Notes: generated from the letters alone by a model not told the origin. 64,000 nucleotides of DNA from Chitinophagales bacterium (GCA_046329515.1 JAXLUM010000003.1:9606-73605); one strand, 5' to 3'. Positions 9,600-18,494 are shown, counted from the first letter of the stretch. Program-made: numbers and translations.

Positions 9600-10655
9600 G
9601 TGCTAAAACCCAAAGTGCTTTTATTTTATAACTACCTGTCCTCTTTTGTAAAGAAGGATGTGGAGATTTTGAATGAAGCCTTTGCGGTACGCAGTCACGA
9701 TTTTTACACGAAGAAGAAAAGCGATACGCCTTTTCGGTTTCTCTCCCAATTCTTTTTTCTGCTGGGTAATATATGGACCGCTAAACTGGTAGTGGTTGAG
9801 TTTGCCGGTTACCACAGTTTGTTGCCCGTGCTGTTTGCAAAGTTGCTGGGCAAAAAGAGTTTGATTATTTCGGGCGGAACGGATGCGCATTACTTTCCGG
9901 GTATTGGTTATGGTAACTGGCAAAAGAAATATCTGCGAACCTTTACGCGCTTAAGTTTTAGTTGGTGCAGCCATATTGCACCCAAGCACAAAACCTTAAT
10001 GCAAAGTTTATATGAGTATGATAAAAGCGAACCTAAAGAACAGGGTATTTACGCGCGCATACCCGGTTTAAAAACGCCTTATACCGAAATACCGAATGGC
10101 TACGATGCGGTAAAGTGGAAATGCACTAAGGCCAAAAAGAAAAACACTTTTATAACCGTAAGCGGTGCCTGGGAATATCCCTTTCAGCAGCAGTTAAAGG
10201 GAATTGATTTGATACTGCAGGTAGCGCCTTCTTTTCCTGATTGTGAGTTTATAATACTTGGTGTGGATGATGTTAGCCGCATAGTAACCGACACGCCCAA
10301 CGTAAAAGTGCTGCCTGCCGTAGCTAACGAAAAACTGGTTGACATTTTCAGCGAATGTGAGTTTTATATGCAGCTAAGTATGGCAGAGGGTTTTCCTAAC
10401 TCTATTTGCGAGGCCATGTTGTGCGAATGTGTGCCTATTGGCTCGGCGGTATTTTCTATACCCGAAATAATAAACGGCAGCGGCTTTGTGTTGCATAAAC
10501 GCGATGCACTGGCGCTGAAAGATGTTATCACCTCTGCCTTAGCCAGCGATAGAGCCGCCTTAGGCAAACAGGCCCGCCAGCGCATTGCCACTAACTACAC
10601 GCACCAAATGCGGAAGGAGAAGTTGTTGGGGGTGTGTGAGGGGTTGGTAGGATAA
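9600..10655 (+). CDS. Glycosyltransferase family 4 (GT-B, GT1 superfamily)
   Basis: C-terminal EGFPNSICEAMLCECVPIGS matches the E(x7)E-type GT4 motif. GTG start. Confidence 0.75.
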   Translation: MLKPKVLLFYNYLSSFVKKDVEILNEAFAVRSHDFYTKKKSDTPFRFLSQFFFLLGNIWTAKLVVVEFAGYHSLLPVLFAKLLGKKSLIISGGTDAHYFPGIGYGNWQKKYLRTFTRLSFSWCSHIAPKHKTLMQSLYEYDKSEPKEQGIYARIPGLKTPYTEIPNGYDAVKWKCTKAKKKNTFITVSGAWEYPFQQQLKGIDLILQVAPSFPDCEFIILGVDDVSRIVTDTPNVKVLPAVANEKLVDIFSECEFYMQLSMAEGFPNSICEAMLCECVPIGSAVFSIPEIINGSGFVLHKRDALALKDVITSALASDRAALGKQARQRIATNYTHQMRKEKLLGVCEGLVG

Positions 10656-10681
10656 ACTCATTTGCCGCTTTACGTAAACGA

Positions 10682-11332
10682 TTATATAACAACTCCATCC
10701 TCAACAAATGATTTCATCTTCCTCCACGTAGCTCTTACTGTTAAAGCAAAAACTACTACATAGCAGTATATAACTATAAAACCAATCCATAAGAAATTTG
10801 GATAACTCCTTACAAAAAAACCAACTCCAAGCATTGCAGGAATCATTACTGCCAATGATATCATTGATAATCGCATTCTTTTAGAGAAAATTTTCATCAT
10901 TAGATGATTCTCCTTACGGTTTTTAGCATGAAAGTACGTGTTTGTAAATGCCAACAATGAAAAAAAGAGTAATACCGTCAATGAAAAAAACCACAAGTTG
11001 GTGTCAATCGTTTTGACCATAAAAACTTCTGAAGAAAACAAGCTAAATAAAACAAGGGCGTCCCGCAAAGTGGGAATCCAAGTAAAGCTGGCTACGACCA
11101 TATAAAAGTCATTCCAAATTAAGATTAACACGAGTAGAACGAATATGGCTTGAGGTAAAACCACCGACAAGTTTGCGTTATTCTCACAAGCATGATGCAC
11201 AACCTCAACCAACATATGAAATGCGACCCCTTGTCCGATACTTAATAAGGTTAGAAATGAATGCGTATGCAATTCTTTCATTCGACCATACGTTTCTTTT
11301 CTTATTCTTTCTTCCTCGTTATGCTGACCCAT
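10682..11332 (-). CDS. Hypothetical polytopic membrane protein (A+T-rich gene)
   Basis: 216-aa ORF with about 6 hydrophobic segments and no recognisable motif. It is visibly more A+T-rich than its neighbours. Confidence 0.5.
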   Translation of the reverse strand: MGQHNEEERIRKETYGRMKELHTHSFLTLLSIGQGVAFHMLVEVVHHACENNANLSVVLPQAIFVLLVLILIWNDFYMVVASFTWIPTLRDALVLFSLFSSEVFMVKTIDTNLWFFSLTVLLFFSLLAFTNTYFHAKNRKENHLMMKIFSKRMRLSMISLAVMIPAMLGVGFFVRSYPNFLWIGFIVIYCYVVVFALTVRATWRKMKSFVEDGVVI

Positions 11333-11454
11333 AGCAGTAGATTACTACGGCAATATCAAACCAGTTCTGAAAATTTGCAATCCCTATTTTCGGGTATTAC
11401 ATGTATACTGAAAGAAAATCGATTCAAATTATTGATGTTATTTTAAACACTGAA

Positions 11455-12444
11455 ATGAACAACACTAAATCCGTTTTGCTTTCCTTTTGTTTTTCGCTGA
11501 TAGTAATATCAGCAAACGCTCAACAGGTATTGTTTGAGTTGCCTTTAAAAGGCATAACGGGTAAGGACTACTGGGTTTCAAATTACATGGACCATGAAGC
11601 GAGCAGTTTGGTTCGCGATGCTTTTTGTGGAGACTTAAGTTATAACGGGCATACGGGCACTGACTTCGCCATACGCAACTTTGCGGCTATGGATAGCGGG
11701 GTGGAGGTTTACGCCGTGACCCCGGGTGTGGTGGTTGACGCACACGACGGCGAATTTGACCGCAACACGGTTTGGAAGAAGGGCGCCATACCCAATAGAG
11801 TAGTTATTAAAGATGCGGATGGATTAGTGACCACTTATCTGCATTTGCGGAAAGGCTCGGTAGCTGTGGCGGTGGGCGATACCGTTAAAGGGGGGCAGGT
11901 GTTGGGCTTGGTGGGGTCATCGGGTGTATCGAGCGGGCCGCATTTGCACCTGGAAGTGCATGATACTACCGGTAAGGTAATTGACCCCTTTAAAGGAAAT
12001 TGTAATACGGGCGCCGGCTTATGGAAGGAGCAACTGCCTTATGATACGGCCTTCTATATAATAGACTATGGCTTTGTGCCCTTTAAACTGGCTGACTATA
12101 GTTCAGAGCGCCCTCCTTATGGCTGGGGCGATACGTTGACCATCGGCCCCAAGGATTTTGTTTCGTTTTGGACAAATGTGCGTGGTGTTAAGCGGGGGCA
12201 GGTTTTTAAAACGGAATGGTATGATACTTATGGCGACCACCTGTTCGGTTTTGAAAACAAGGCGGAACGCAGCAATTGGTTTCACCTGTATTGGAGTTAT
12301 GTGGATTTAGGCGGGCGCGGCATGAGCGGCCGTTGCTGGGTTAAGGTGTTTATTAATGATAAGGAGGTGCTAACGCTGCCTTTCTATATAATAAGGAAGG
12401 CTGAAAGCACGCCTCAAAAGAAAGGAAAGAAGCCCGCGCACTAG
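11455..12444 (+). CDS. M23 family metallopeptidase (secreted)
   Basis: HTGTDFA and GSSGVSSGPHLHLEVH motifs (HxxxD / HxH). Signal peptide follows the ATG at 11455. Confidence 0.85.
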   Translation: MNNTKSVLLSFCFSLIVISANAQQVLFELPLKGITGKDYWVSNYMDHEASSLVRDAFCGDLSYNGHTGTDFAIRNFAAMDSGVEVYAVTPGVVVDAHDGEFDRNTVWKKGAIPNRVVIKDADGLVTTYLHLRKGSVAVAVGDTVKGGQVLGLVGSSGVSSGPHLHLEVHDTTGKVIDPFKGNCNTGAGLWKEQLPYDTAFYIIDYGFVPFKLADYSSERPPYGWGDTLTIGPKDFVSFWTNVRGVKRGQVFKTEWYDTYGDHLFGFENKAERSNWFHLYWSYVDLGGRGMSGRCWVKVFINDKEVLTLPFYIIRKAESTPQKKGKKPAH

Positions 12445-12681
12445 TGCCCTTAATTTTAACAGATAGGGTTGAGATATTGCATTAAAACATTGGTTTTTGG
12501 CGCTTATTGCTGTAAAAAGGCTATTTTTAAGCTGTTAGGAATATGCGGAAACGACCAACAACAGGTATGAAATTTTGGCTACGAACCATTTTTATACCTA
12601 AAACCAACAAGTTATAGCCTATAACTTAATGGTCGCCCTAAAAATTATTCAATTAGGGTTTGTAAAGCTGCACAAGAAATT

Positions 12682-12689
12682 TACTTTTG
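12682..12689 (+). promoter_or_regulatory. Bacteroidota -7 promoter box (TAnnTTTG) upstream of rpsC
   Basis: TACTTTTG sits within aaatttacttttgcag, 64 nt upstream of the rpsC ATG. Confidence 0.5.
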
Positions 12690-12752
12690 CAGTCCCTTTT
12701 TAGGGAGGGGTGTATTTTTATGCCCTTTAAAAACGTAAAAAATAATACCTGA

Positions 12753-13469
12753 ATGGGTCAGAAAACAAGTCCGATAGCTAATCGCCTCGGTATCGTAAGA
12801 GGATGGGAAAGCAACTGGTATGGTGGCAAGGATGCTGCTTCTAAGCTGATTGAAGATGAGAAGATACGCCAGTACCTGAAGGCGCGTATTAACAAAGGCG
12901 GTGTATCGCGCGTGGTAATTGAAAGAACCATGAAGCGTGTAACCGTTACCATTCACACCTCACGCCCGGGTATTATTATTGGCCGTGGCGGTAACGAGGT
13001 TGACCGTATTAAGGAAGAATTAAAGATACTTACCGGTAAGGAAGTTCAAATAAACATAGTAGAAATACGCCGCCCCGAGCTGGAAGCAGCTATTGTAGGT
13101 GAAACTATTGCCAAGCAATTAGAGGCCCGTATTAACTACCGCCGTGCAGTTAAAATGGCTATCGCTTCTGCAATGCGTATGGGCGCCGAAGGTATTAAGG
13201 TGCGCGTAGGCGGCCGTATAGGCGGTGCTGATATTGCCCGTAGCGAAGAATACAAGCAGGGCCGTACTCCACTTCATACCTGGAGAGCGGATATTGACTA
13301 CGCTATTACCGAAGCACAAACCATTTATGGTAAGCTGGGTATTAAAGTGTGGGTTTGCCGTGGTGAAGTTTATGGTAAGAAAGACTTAACCGGTGCCTTT
13401 GCAGGTGAAGAAAAACAGGAAAAGCGCAAACCACGCGGCGATTTCCGTAAGAGAGACAACAAGAAGTAA
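12753..13469 (+). CDS. rpsC: 30S ribosomal protein S3
   Basis: [14 protein letters not shown]...KH domain GRGG...; Lys/Arg-rich C-tail typical of Bacteroidota S3. Confidence 0.97.
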   Translation: MGQKTSPIANRLGIVRGWESNWYGGKDAASKLIEDEKIRQYLKARINKGGVSRVVIERTMKRVTVTIHTSRPGIIIGRGGNEVDRIKEELKILTGKEVQINIVEIRRPELEAAIVGETIAKQLEARINYRRAVKMAIASAMRMGAEGIKVRVGGRIGGADIARSEEYKQGRTPLHTWRADIDYAITEAQTIYGKLGIKVWVCRGEVYGKKDLTGAFAGEEKQEKRKPRGDFRKRDNKK

Positions 13470-13523
13470 GCCGGAAGTAAGAGGTTAGAATTTAGAATTA
13501 AGAAGACGTAAAATTTAAATAAG

Positions 13524-13946
13524 ATGTTATTACCTAAACGGACGAAGTGGAGAAAAACCCAGAAGGGCAGAGTATCTGAAGTTACTTACCGTGGCCACGA
13601 AATTGCTTTCGGTACCTACGCACTGAAATCATTGGAGAGCGGCAAAATAAGCAACAAGCAGATTGAAGCTGCCCGTGTAGCCTTTACACGTTTTATGAAG
13701 CGTGAAGGAAAAGTATGGATTCGTATTTTCCCTGATAAGCCGATTACCCGCAAGCCGTTAGAAGTACGTATGGGTAAAGGTAAAGGTAACCCTGAGGGTT
13801 GGGAAGCACCTGTTCAGGCAGGCCGTATTCTGTTTGAAGTTGACGGTGTTAGCCGCGAAGTAGCCCACGAAGCTATGATGCTTGCTGCCCACAAACTTTC
13901 TGTAATGACCAAGTTCATTACCCGCCGCGATGCAGTAGAAGGATAG
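13524..13946 (+). CDS. rplP: 50S ribosomal protein L16
   Basis: [23 protein letters not shown]. Confidence 0.97.
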   Translation: MLLPKRTKWRKTQKGRVSEVTYRGHEIAFGTYALKSLESGKISNKQIEAARVAFTRFMKREGKVWIRIFPDKPITRKPLEVRMGKGKGNPEGWEAPVQAGRILFEVDGVSREVAHEAMMLAAHKLSVMTKFITRRDAVEG

Positions 13947-14075
13947 TTGCAATGCGGAATGCAGAATGATGAATGCAGAATTGATTAAAGAATAGAAGTA
14001 ATATTAAATAAGAAGAGGTTAAGCAAGGGATTCAAAATTCTAAACTCTAACTTCTAAATTCTAAAACGACCCACC

Positions 14076-14294
14076 ATGGGAGCTAATAAGAAAATAAACC
14101 AGGAAGACGTTCGCCAGTTTGTAGGTGCGGACCTGGATGCCAAAATACTGGCCGACCAGGCTGAGTTGAAGAAGCTGAAGTTTCAGCACACGGTTTCAGC
14201 TATTGAAAACCCTGCCAGCATTACTGCTAAAAGAAAGAATGTAGCGCGCCTGTTAACTGAACAGACCCGCCGTAAAAAAGAAAATAAAGGATAA
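14076..14294 (+). CDS. rpmC: 50S ribosomal protein L29
   Basis: 72 aa with the L29-like helical hairpin (LKKLKFQHTVSAIENPASITAKRKNVARLLT). Position between rplP and rpsQ. Confidence 0.9.
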   Translation: MGANKKINQEDVRQFVGADLDAKILADQAELKKLKFQHTVSAIENPASITAKRKNVARLLTEQTRRKKENKG

Positions 14295-14321
14295 TCGTTC
14301 GTAGCGATCAATTAAATAATC

Positions 14322-14576
14322 ATGGAAAGAAAGCTCAGAAAAGAAAGAACAGGTTTAGTAACCAGCGATAAAATGGATAAGACCATCACTGTTTCTATTG
14401 AAAGAAAGGTGAAGCACCCTATCTATGGCAAGTTCGTAAAACAAACCAAAAGCTTTAAAGCGCACGACGAGAAGAATGAAGCTAAAACAGGCGATACAGT
14501 AAAAATTGCTGAAACCCGCCCGTTAAGCAAAACCAAGCGTTGGAGATTAGTTGAAGTGGTTGAAAGAGCCAAGTAA
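14322..14576 (+). CDS. rpsQ: 30S ribosomal protein S17
   Basis: [19 protein letters not shown]...KHPIYGK...AHDE...RPLSKTKRW. Confidence 0.96.
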   Translation: MERKLRKERTGLVTSDKMDKTITVSIERKVKHPIYGKFVKQTKSFKAHDEKNEAKTGDTVKIAETRPLSKTKRWRLVEVVERAK

Positions 14577-14674
14577 TTAATTAGGAGTGCGGAATGCAGA
14601 AGGTGGAATTCAACTGCAACAACCGTAAAAGATATTTTAATCTGAATTCCGAATTCTAAAATCTGAATTGAATT

Positions 14675-15043
14675 ATGTTACAGCAGGAATCAAGAGCAAA
14701 CGTAGCCGATAACTCAGGAGCAAAAGAAGTACTGGTTATTCGTGTACTGGGCGGTTCAAAAAGAAGATATGCCCGTATTGGCGATAAAGTGGTGGTAACC
14801 GTTAAGAAAGCCCTGCCAACCGGCGGCGTTAAAAAAGGCTCAGTTTCCACAGCAGTGGTAGTGCGCACAACACGCTCTATCCGTCGTAAGGATGGTTCTT
14901 ACATCCGTTTTGACGATAACGCAGTTGTGTTGTTAAACGCCCAGGACGAACCGCGCGGCACCCGTATTTTCGGGCCTGTTGCCCGCGAACTGCGCGACAA
15001 GCAGTTTATGAAGATTGTATCGTTAGCCCCTGAGGTGCTGTAA
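14675..15043 (+). CDS. rplN: 50S ribosomal protein L14
   Basis: [18 protein letters not shown]...[10 protein letters not shown]...[10 protein letters not shown]. Confidence 0.97.
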   Translation: MLQQESRANVADNSGAKEVLVIRVLGGSKRRYARIGDKVVVTVKKALPTGGVKKGSVSTAVVVRTTRSIRRKDGSYIRFDDNAVVLLNAQDEPRGTRIFGPVARELRDKQFMKIVSLAPEVL

Positions 15044-15074
15044 TTTTATCAAAAAGCAAAATCATAAGTAGGTT

Positions 15075-15383
15075 ATGAAATTCCATGTAAAAAAGAACGA
15101 TGAAGTAGTTATCCTTTCAGGCGAAGACAAAGGCAAGAAAGGCCGTATCATCGATGTAGACTATAAACACAGCCGTGTATTTGTTGATGGTTTAAACCTT
15201 AACAGCAAGCACAGCAAGCCAAGCCCTAAGAACCCACAGGGCGGTATCATCAAAACACCGGGTGGTATTCATATTTCTAACGTTGCCTTATTAAGCGATG
15301 GCAAAGCCACCCGCGTAGGCCGTAAAGAAGAAAAAGGTAAGACTGTACGTTTTGCCAAGAAAACCGGTAAAAATTTAGACTAG
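15075..15383 (+). CDS. rplX: 50S ribosomal protein L24
   Basis: KOW motif VKKNDEVVILSGEDKGKKGRI. 102 aa. Confidence 0.95.
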   Translation: MKFHVKKNDEVVILSGEDKGKKGRIIDVDYKHSRVFVDGLNLNSKHSKPSPKNPQGGIIKTPGGIHISNVALLSDGKATRVGRKEEKGKTVRFAKKTGKNLD

Positions 15384-15406
15384 TATCTAAGCTGATTACG
15401 ATATAG

Positions 15407-15436
15407 AAAATGCCTCCGCACAACGGGGGCATTTTT
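15407..15436 (+). terminator. Rho-independent terminator after rplX
   Basis: aaaaTGCCTCCGcacaaCGGGGGCAttttt: 9-bp stem plus a T-run. Confidence 0.75.
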
Positions 15437-15477
15437 ATTTTAACAACTAAAGGGTTTACACAAGTTGACACTTTCAA

Positions 15478-15541
15478 TCAGCTTTCCCCTCTAGGAGAGG
15501 GGAAACAGCTAAAAGCCAGGGCTTTTAGCTGAGGGGTGTGT
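15478..15541 (+). repeat. Repeat family A, copy 1 (64-bp double hairpin)
   Basis: tcagctttcccctctaggagaggggaaacagctaaaagccagggcttttagctgaggggtgtgt. Two hairpins: cccctct/agagggg and agctaaaagcc/ggcttttagct. Confidence 0.85.
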
Positions 15542-15648
15542 ACCGCAAAAGGGTTAACACAAGTATACACTTTTAAAATGTAAACCTTACCCTTAAAATG
15601 TCGTATTTGTCTTATAATCAATTTATTATGGGTATAAGGCAGGTTTAC

Positions 15649-15830
15649 GCGGTGTTTGGCGTGTAAACCCTTTTGCGTTCCAACTTTTCCAAAGTTTAGA
15701 ACTTTGGAAAAGTTAGCGCCCTCGTTTCTTTAGTCCGCGCAGGGGGCCGCTGCTGCACCACCCCTCTCCACAAACGGAGAAGGGAAAGCCGAACGAAGTG
15801 AGGCAGGGGTGAGGTAAAAAGAGTTAACAC
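15649..15830 (+). repeat. Repeat family B, copy 1 (about 182 bp, multi-hairpin)
   Basis: Shares tgtttggcgtgtaaacccttttgcgtt.caacttttccaaagtttagaactttggaaaagttagcg...ctgcaccacccctctcca.aa..ggaga.gggaaagccgaacgaagtgaggcaggggtgaggtaaaa with 18227-18408. Confidence 0.85.
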
Positions 15831-15837
15831 CTTTCAA

Positions 15838-15901
15838 TTAGCTTTCCCCTCTCTGAGTAGGGAAACAACTAAAAGCCGGGGCTTTTAGTTGAGGGGTGTG
15901 T
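15838..15901 (+). repeat. Repeat family A, copy 2
   Basis: ttagctttcccctctctgagtagggaaacaactaaaagccggggcttttagttgaggggtgtgt. Confidence 0.85.
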
Positions 15902-15985
15902 TCATTCTTTCGCCTCCTCCGTGCATTACCGTTATACCAATAAGAGCCTCGCGCAGATTAAATATGTTGCTAAATTTATAAAGCA

Positions 15986-17248
15986 ATGAGGCTACTAATA
16001 TTAATTCCTTTGTTTTTGATATTTCGGGCAAGTGGTCAAGGGAGTTGGCAGAGGATAGATATTGGTTATCAATACCCTATTATCTCTGCTGAAGCTTTTG
16101 GTGATACATTGTTAATGCTAGGTGGAGATGGTTCAATTTTTCATTCCAACGATTTGTTTGATACCTATCAGAGTGATACCTTTTTCAAGGGATTTAATCC
16201 CGGTGCTATGGCATCTGCTACGAGGAATTACGGTTATATTACTAATCCTTATGTACAAGGGGGCCTGTTAAAATCCGTAGATGGCGGAGCGCATTGGTAT
16301 CCCACCCCTAACGGAGCACCTCCTGGTGCAGTGTGGGGCAATGTTCTTAAATTCTCGATGCCGGAAAGAGGTTATGCTGGTGCTTATATGGGAAGCGGCA
16401 CTTTTTATCATACTGAAGACTCGGGACAAACATGGACCAGCGCATTTATAAATGCATCATGTAAATTGATACTTCAATTTCAAACCTTAAACGACTCTAC
16501 GGTTTATGTATTGGGGAATAGCAGCACAGACGGCATGCCATCATTGGCATGGACTAATATTAGTGTCTCAAAGGATAGAGGTATTAGCTGGCAATTCGTA
16601 TCTAATGTTGCTACGCGTGGTTATGCTAACTTTAGTTTTATAAACGATTCGACAATAATTCTAACAGGGAATAAAGTTATTTTTCGAAGTAGTAACCAAG
16701 GTTTAACCTTTGATACTGTTTTTAGAGGGCTTTCATCTTCTGAAAATATGTATAGCTATATATCTTCAATTTCATTCATAAGTCAAGATACCGGATACGT
16801 GGCATTTTCGCGTTCCGTATATAGAACAACTAATGCAGGAATAACCTGGACTAAAACAGCCTTCAATTTTGAGCTTGCTGATTCTTTTGCAACTATTAAT
16901 TTAATAAAGGCTCTAGGTAGTGATGAGGTCATCATTGCATCTTCCAATGGTATCATCTACAAAACCGAAAACGGCGGAGGTGTTTGGTCAGGCCTTAACA
17001 CTATTGAAGTTCCTGAAACTTTCTCCCTTTCGCCCAACCCCGCAGGCAACACACTTACTATTCAAACCTCTACTAATGCGCCTTTAATGCTTTCTATATA
17101 CGCTATTGATGGTCGGCTTATTAAGCAGTTAAATAACTTGCAGCAACCCAACACCGAAATTGACATAAGCGAATTACAAAGCGGTATTTATTTTATAGCG
17201 GTAAGCGCTAACGGCCAGCAAGCGGTTAAGCGCTTTGTAAAGCAGTAA
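15986..17248 (+). CDS. BNR/Asp-box beta-propeller protein with T9SS type-A C-terminal sorting domain
   Basis: Signal peptide. Asp-box repeats (SVDGGAHW, TEDSGQTW, SKDRGISW, TTNAGITW, TENGGGVW). C-terminus LSPNPAGNTLTI...GIYFIAV...VKRFVKQ. Confidence 0.8.
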   Translation: MRLLILIPLFLIFRASGQGSWQRIDIGYQYPIISAEAFGDTLLMLGGDGSIFHSNDLFDTYQSDTFFKGFNPGAMASATRNYGYITNPYVQGGLLKSVDGGAHWYPTPNGAPPGAVWGNVLKFSMPERGYAGAYMGSGTFYHTEDSGQTWTSAFINASCKLILQFQTLNDSTVYVLGNSSTDGMPSLAWTNISVSKDRGISWQFVSNVATRGYANFSFINDSTIILTGNKVIFRSSNQGLTFDTVFRGLSSSENMYSYISSISFISQDTGYVAFSRSVYRTTNAGITWTKTAFNFELADSFATINLIKALGSDEVIIASSNGIIYKTENGGGVWSGLNTIEVPETFSLSPNPAGNTLTIQTSTNAPLMLSIYAIDGRLIKQLNNLQQPNTEIDISELQSGIYFIAVSANGQQAVKRFVKQ

Positions 17249-17256
17249 AGTAAAAA

Positions 17257-17320
17257 TTAGCTTTCCCCTCTGCGAGAGGGGAAACAACTAAAAGCCGGGG
17301 CTTTTAGTTGAGGGGTGTGT
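17257..17320 (+). repeat. Repeat family A, copy 3
   Basis: ttagctttcccctctgcgagaggggaaacaactaaaagccggggcttttagttgaggggtgtgt, starting 9 nt after the stop of the preceding CDS. Confidence 0.85.
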
Positions 17321-17449
17321 TTATTCTTCGTTCCCTCTAGGTCTTCATTAGGTGGCCATTGTCAAGCCGAAGCCCTGGCCGTATGAAATATATGGTTAGT
17401 TTTAAATATAGTAAATTGCGGGAACTATCGCAGGGTCTGGTGCTGTACC

Positions 17450-18142
17450 ATGGCTATGCCGGCAAGACCCGCGGCACAAAAAAAGACCGCTATAAGTAAG
17501 TTATGTGCAACCCTAAAAGACGACTGCAAGAAAGTGACAGATAAAAAACGATACGAAATTTTGGATTCCTTGCCGACATACGGTCCAATGTATATTCCTG
17601 TGTCTGACAATGACGAACCCTTTTATTCTGAAGGATTTCCGGTTCGTTTTTATAAATCAGATGGAACAAATTGGGTTGCAAATTTTAGACCTGGTTGGAC
17701 GGGTTTAAACAAAGTCTTTGATTTCTATGAACGCGACAAGATAATTGTTATCGCGGGCGGACTTGGTTACATAATGACAGCTGAAAAAGAAAAGCCTCTT
17801 TCGACTTTTGGACTTACAATTAGTGAAATCTTTCAAACAGAAAATGGAAGTTTGGTTTGTGCAGACGGAATATCAATTATTATTCTCGACAATTCCACTG
17901 GAGAATTTTGGAAAAGTGAACGAATTTCTTGGGACGGTTTTCAGAATCTTGAACTTAACGACAATATTATTTCTGGGCAATCATTCGACCCGACAAATTC
18001 AATAAAAGAGTGGGTGGACTTTTCTCTTAATATTAAAACTAAAGAACTTACTAGTGGCAGTTACAGAGAATTCACAAAAAGCAACCCTAACGTCCCCAAA
18101 GTTATTTTAGAGAATGAAAATAAAATTAAACCTTGGTGGTAA
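17450..18142 (+). CDS. Hypothetical protein (A+T-rich; start uncertain, alternative ATG at 17588)
   Basis: Long ORF with no recognisable motif. The composition differs from the flanking housekeeping genes. Confidence 0.45.
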   Translation: MAMPARPAAQKKTAISKLCATLKDDCKKVTDKKRYEILDSLPTYGPMYIPVSDNDEPFYSEGFPVRFYKSDGTNWVANFRPGWTGLNKVFDFYERDKIIVIAGGLGYIMTAEKEKPLSTFGLTISEIFQTENGSLVCADGISIIILDNSTGEFWKSERISWDGFQNLELNDNIISGQSFDPTNSIKEWVDFSLNIKTKELTSGSYREFTKSNPNVPKVILENENKIKPWW

Positions 18143-18169
18143 GTATGGTGACCAACAGAAGGCATCACA

Positions 18170-18205
18170 CAACTAAAAGCCCGGGCTTTTAGTTGAGGGG
18201 TGTGT
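18170..18205 (+). repeat. Repeat family A, copy 4 (3' half only)
   Basis: caactaaaagcccgggcttttagttgaggggtgtgt. Confidence 0.8.
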
Positions 18206-18226
18206 CCCTGGAAAAATGGTTGCCAC

Positions 18227-18408
18227 CGTGTTTGGCGTGTAAACCCTTTTGCGTTTCAACTTTTCCAAAGTTTAGAACTTTGGAAAAGTTAGCGTAGTCG
18301 TTTCTTTCATCCCCCACAGGGTGTGCTACCGCTGCACCACCCCTCTCCATAAATGGAGAGGGGAAAGCCGAACGAAGTGAGGCAGGGGTGAGGTAAAAGG
18401 GTTCACAC
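18227..18408 (+). repeat. Repeat family B, copy 2
   Basis: Collinear with 15649-15830. The centre of the element is more diverged. Confidence 0.85.
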
Positions 18409-18430
18409 CCTGTGCAGGGTAACTCCCAAC

Positions 18431-18459
18431 AAAAATGCCCCCGATAAACGGAGGCATTC
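18431..18459 (-). terminator. Terminator hairpin after the PEBP gene; inverted copy of the rplX terminator
   Basis: aaaaaTGCCCCCGataaaCGGAGGCAttc. Its reverse complement matches 15407-15436 everywhere except the 5-nt loop. Confidence 0.65.
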
Positions 18460-18494
18460 TTTCTTTATTAACCCAATTTAAAAAACAAAAACTC

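Noticed and set aside
15441-18408. Repeats A and B considered as a possible CRISPR array
   Set aside because: Copies are 64 and 182 bp long, irregularly spaced (300-1400 bp) and separated by protein-coding genes. No cas genes are present in the window.
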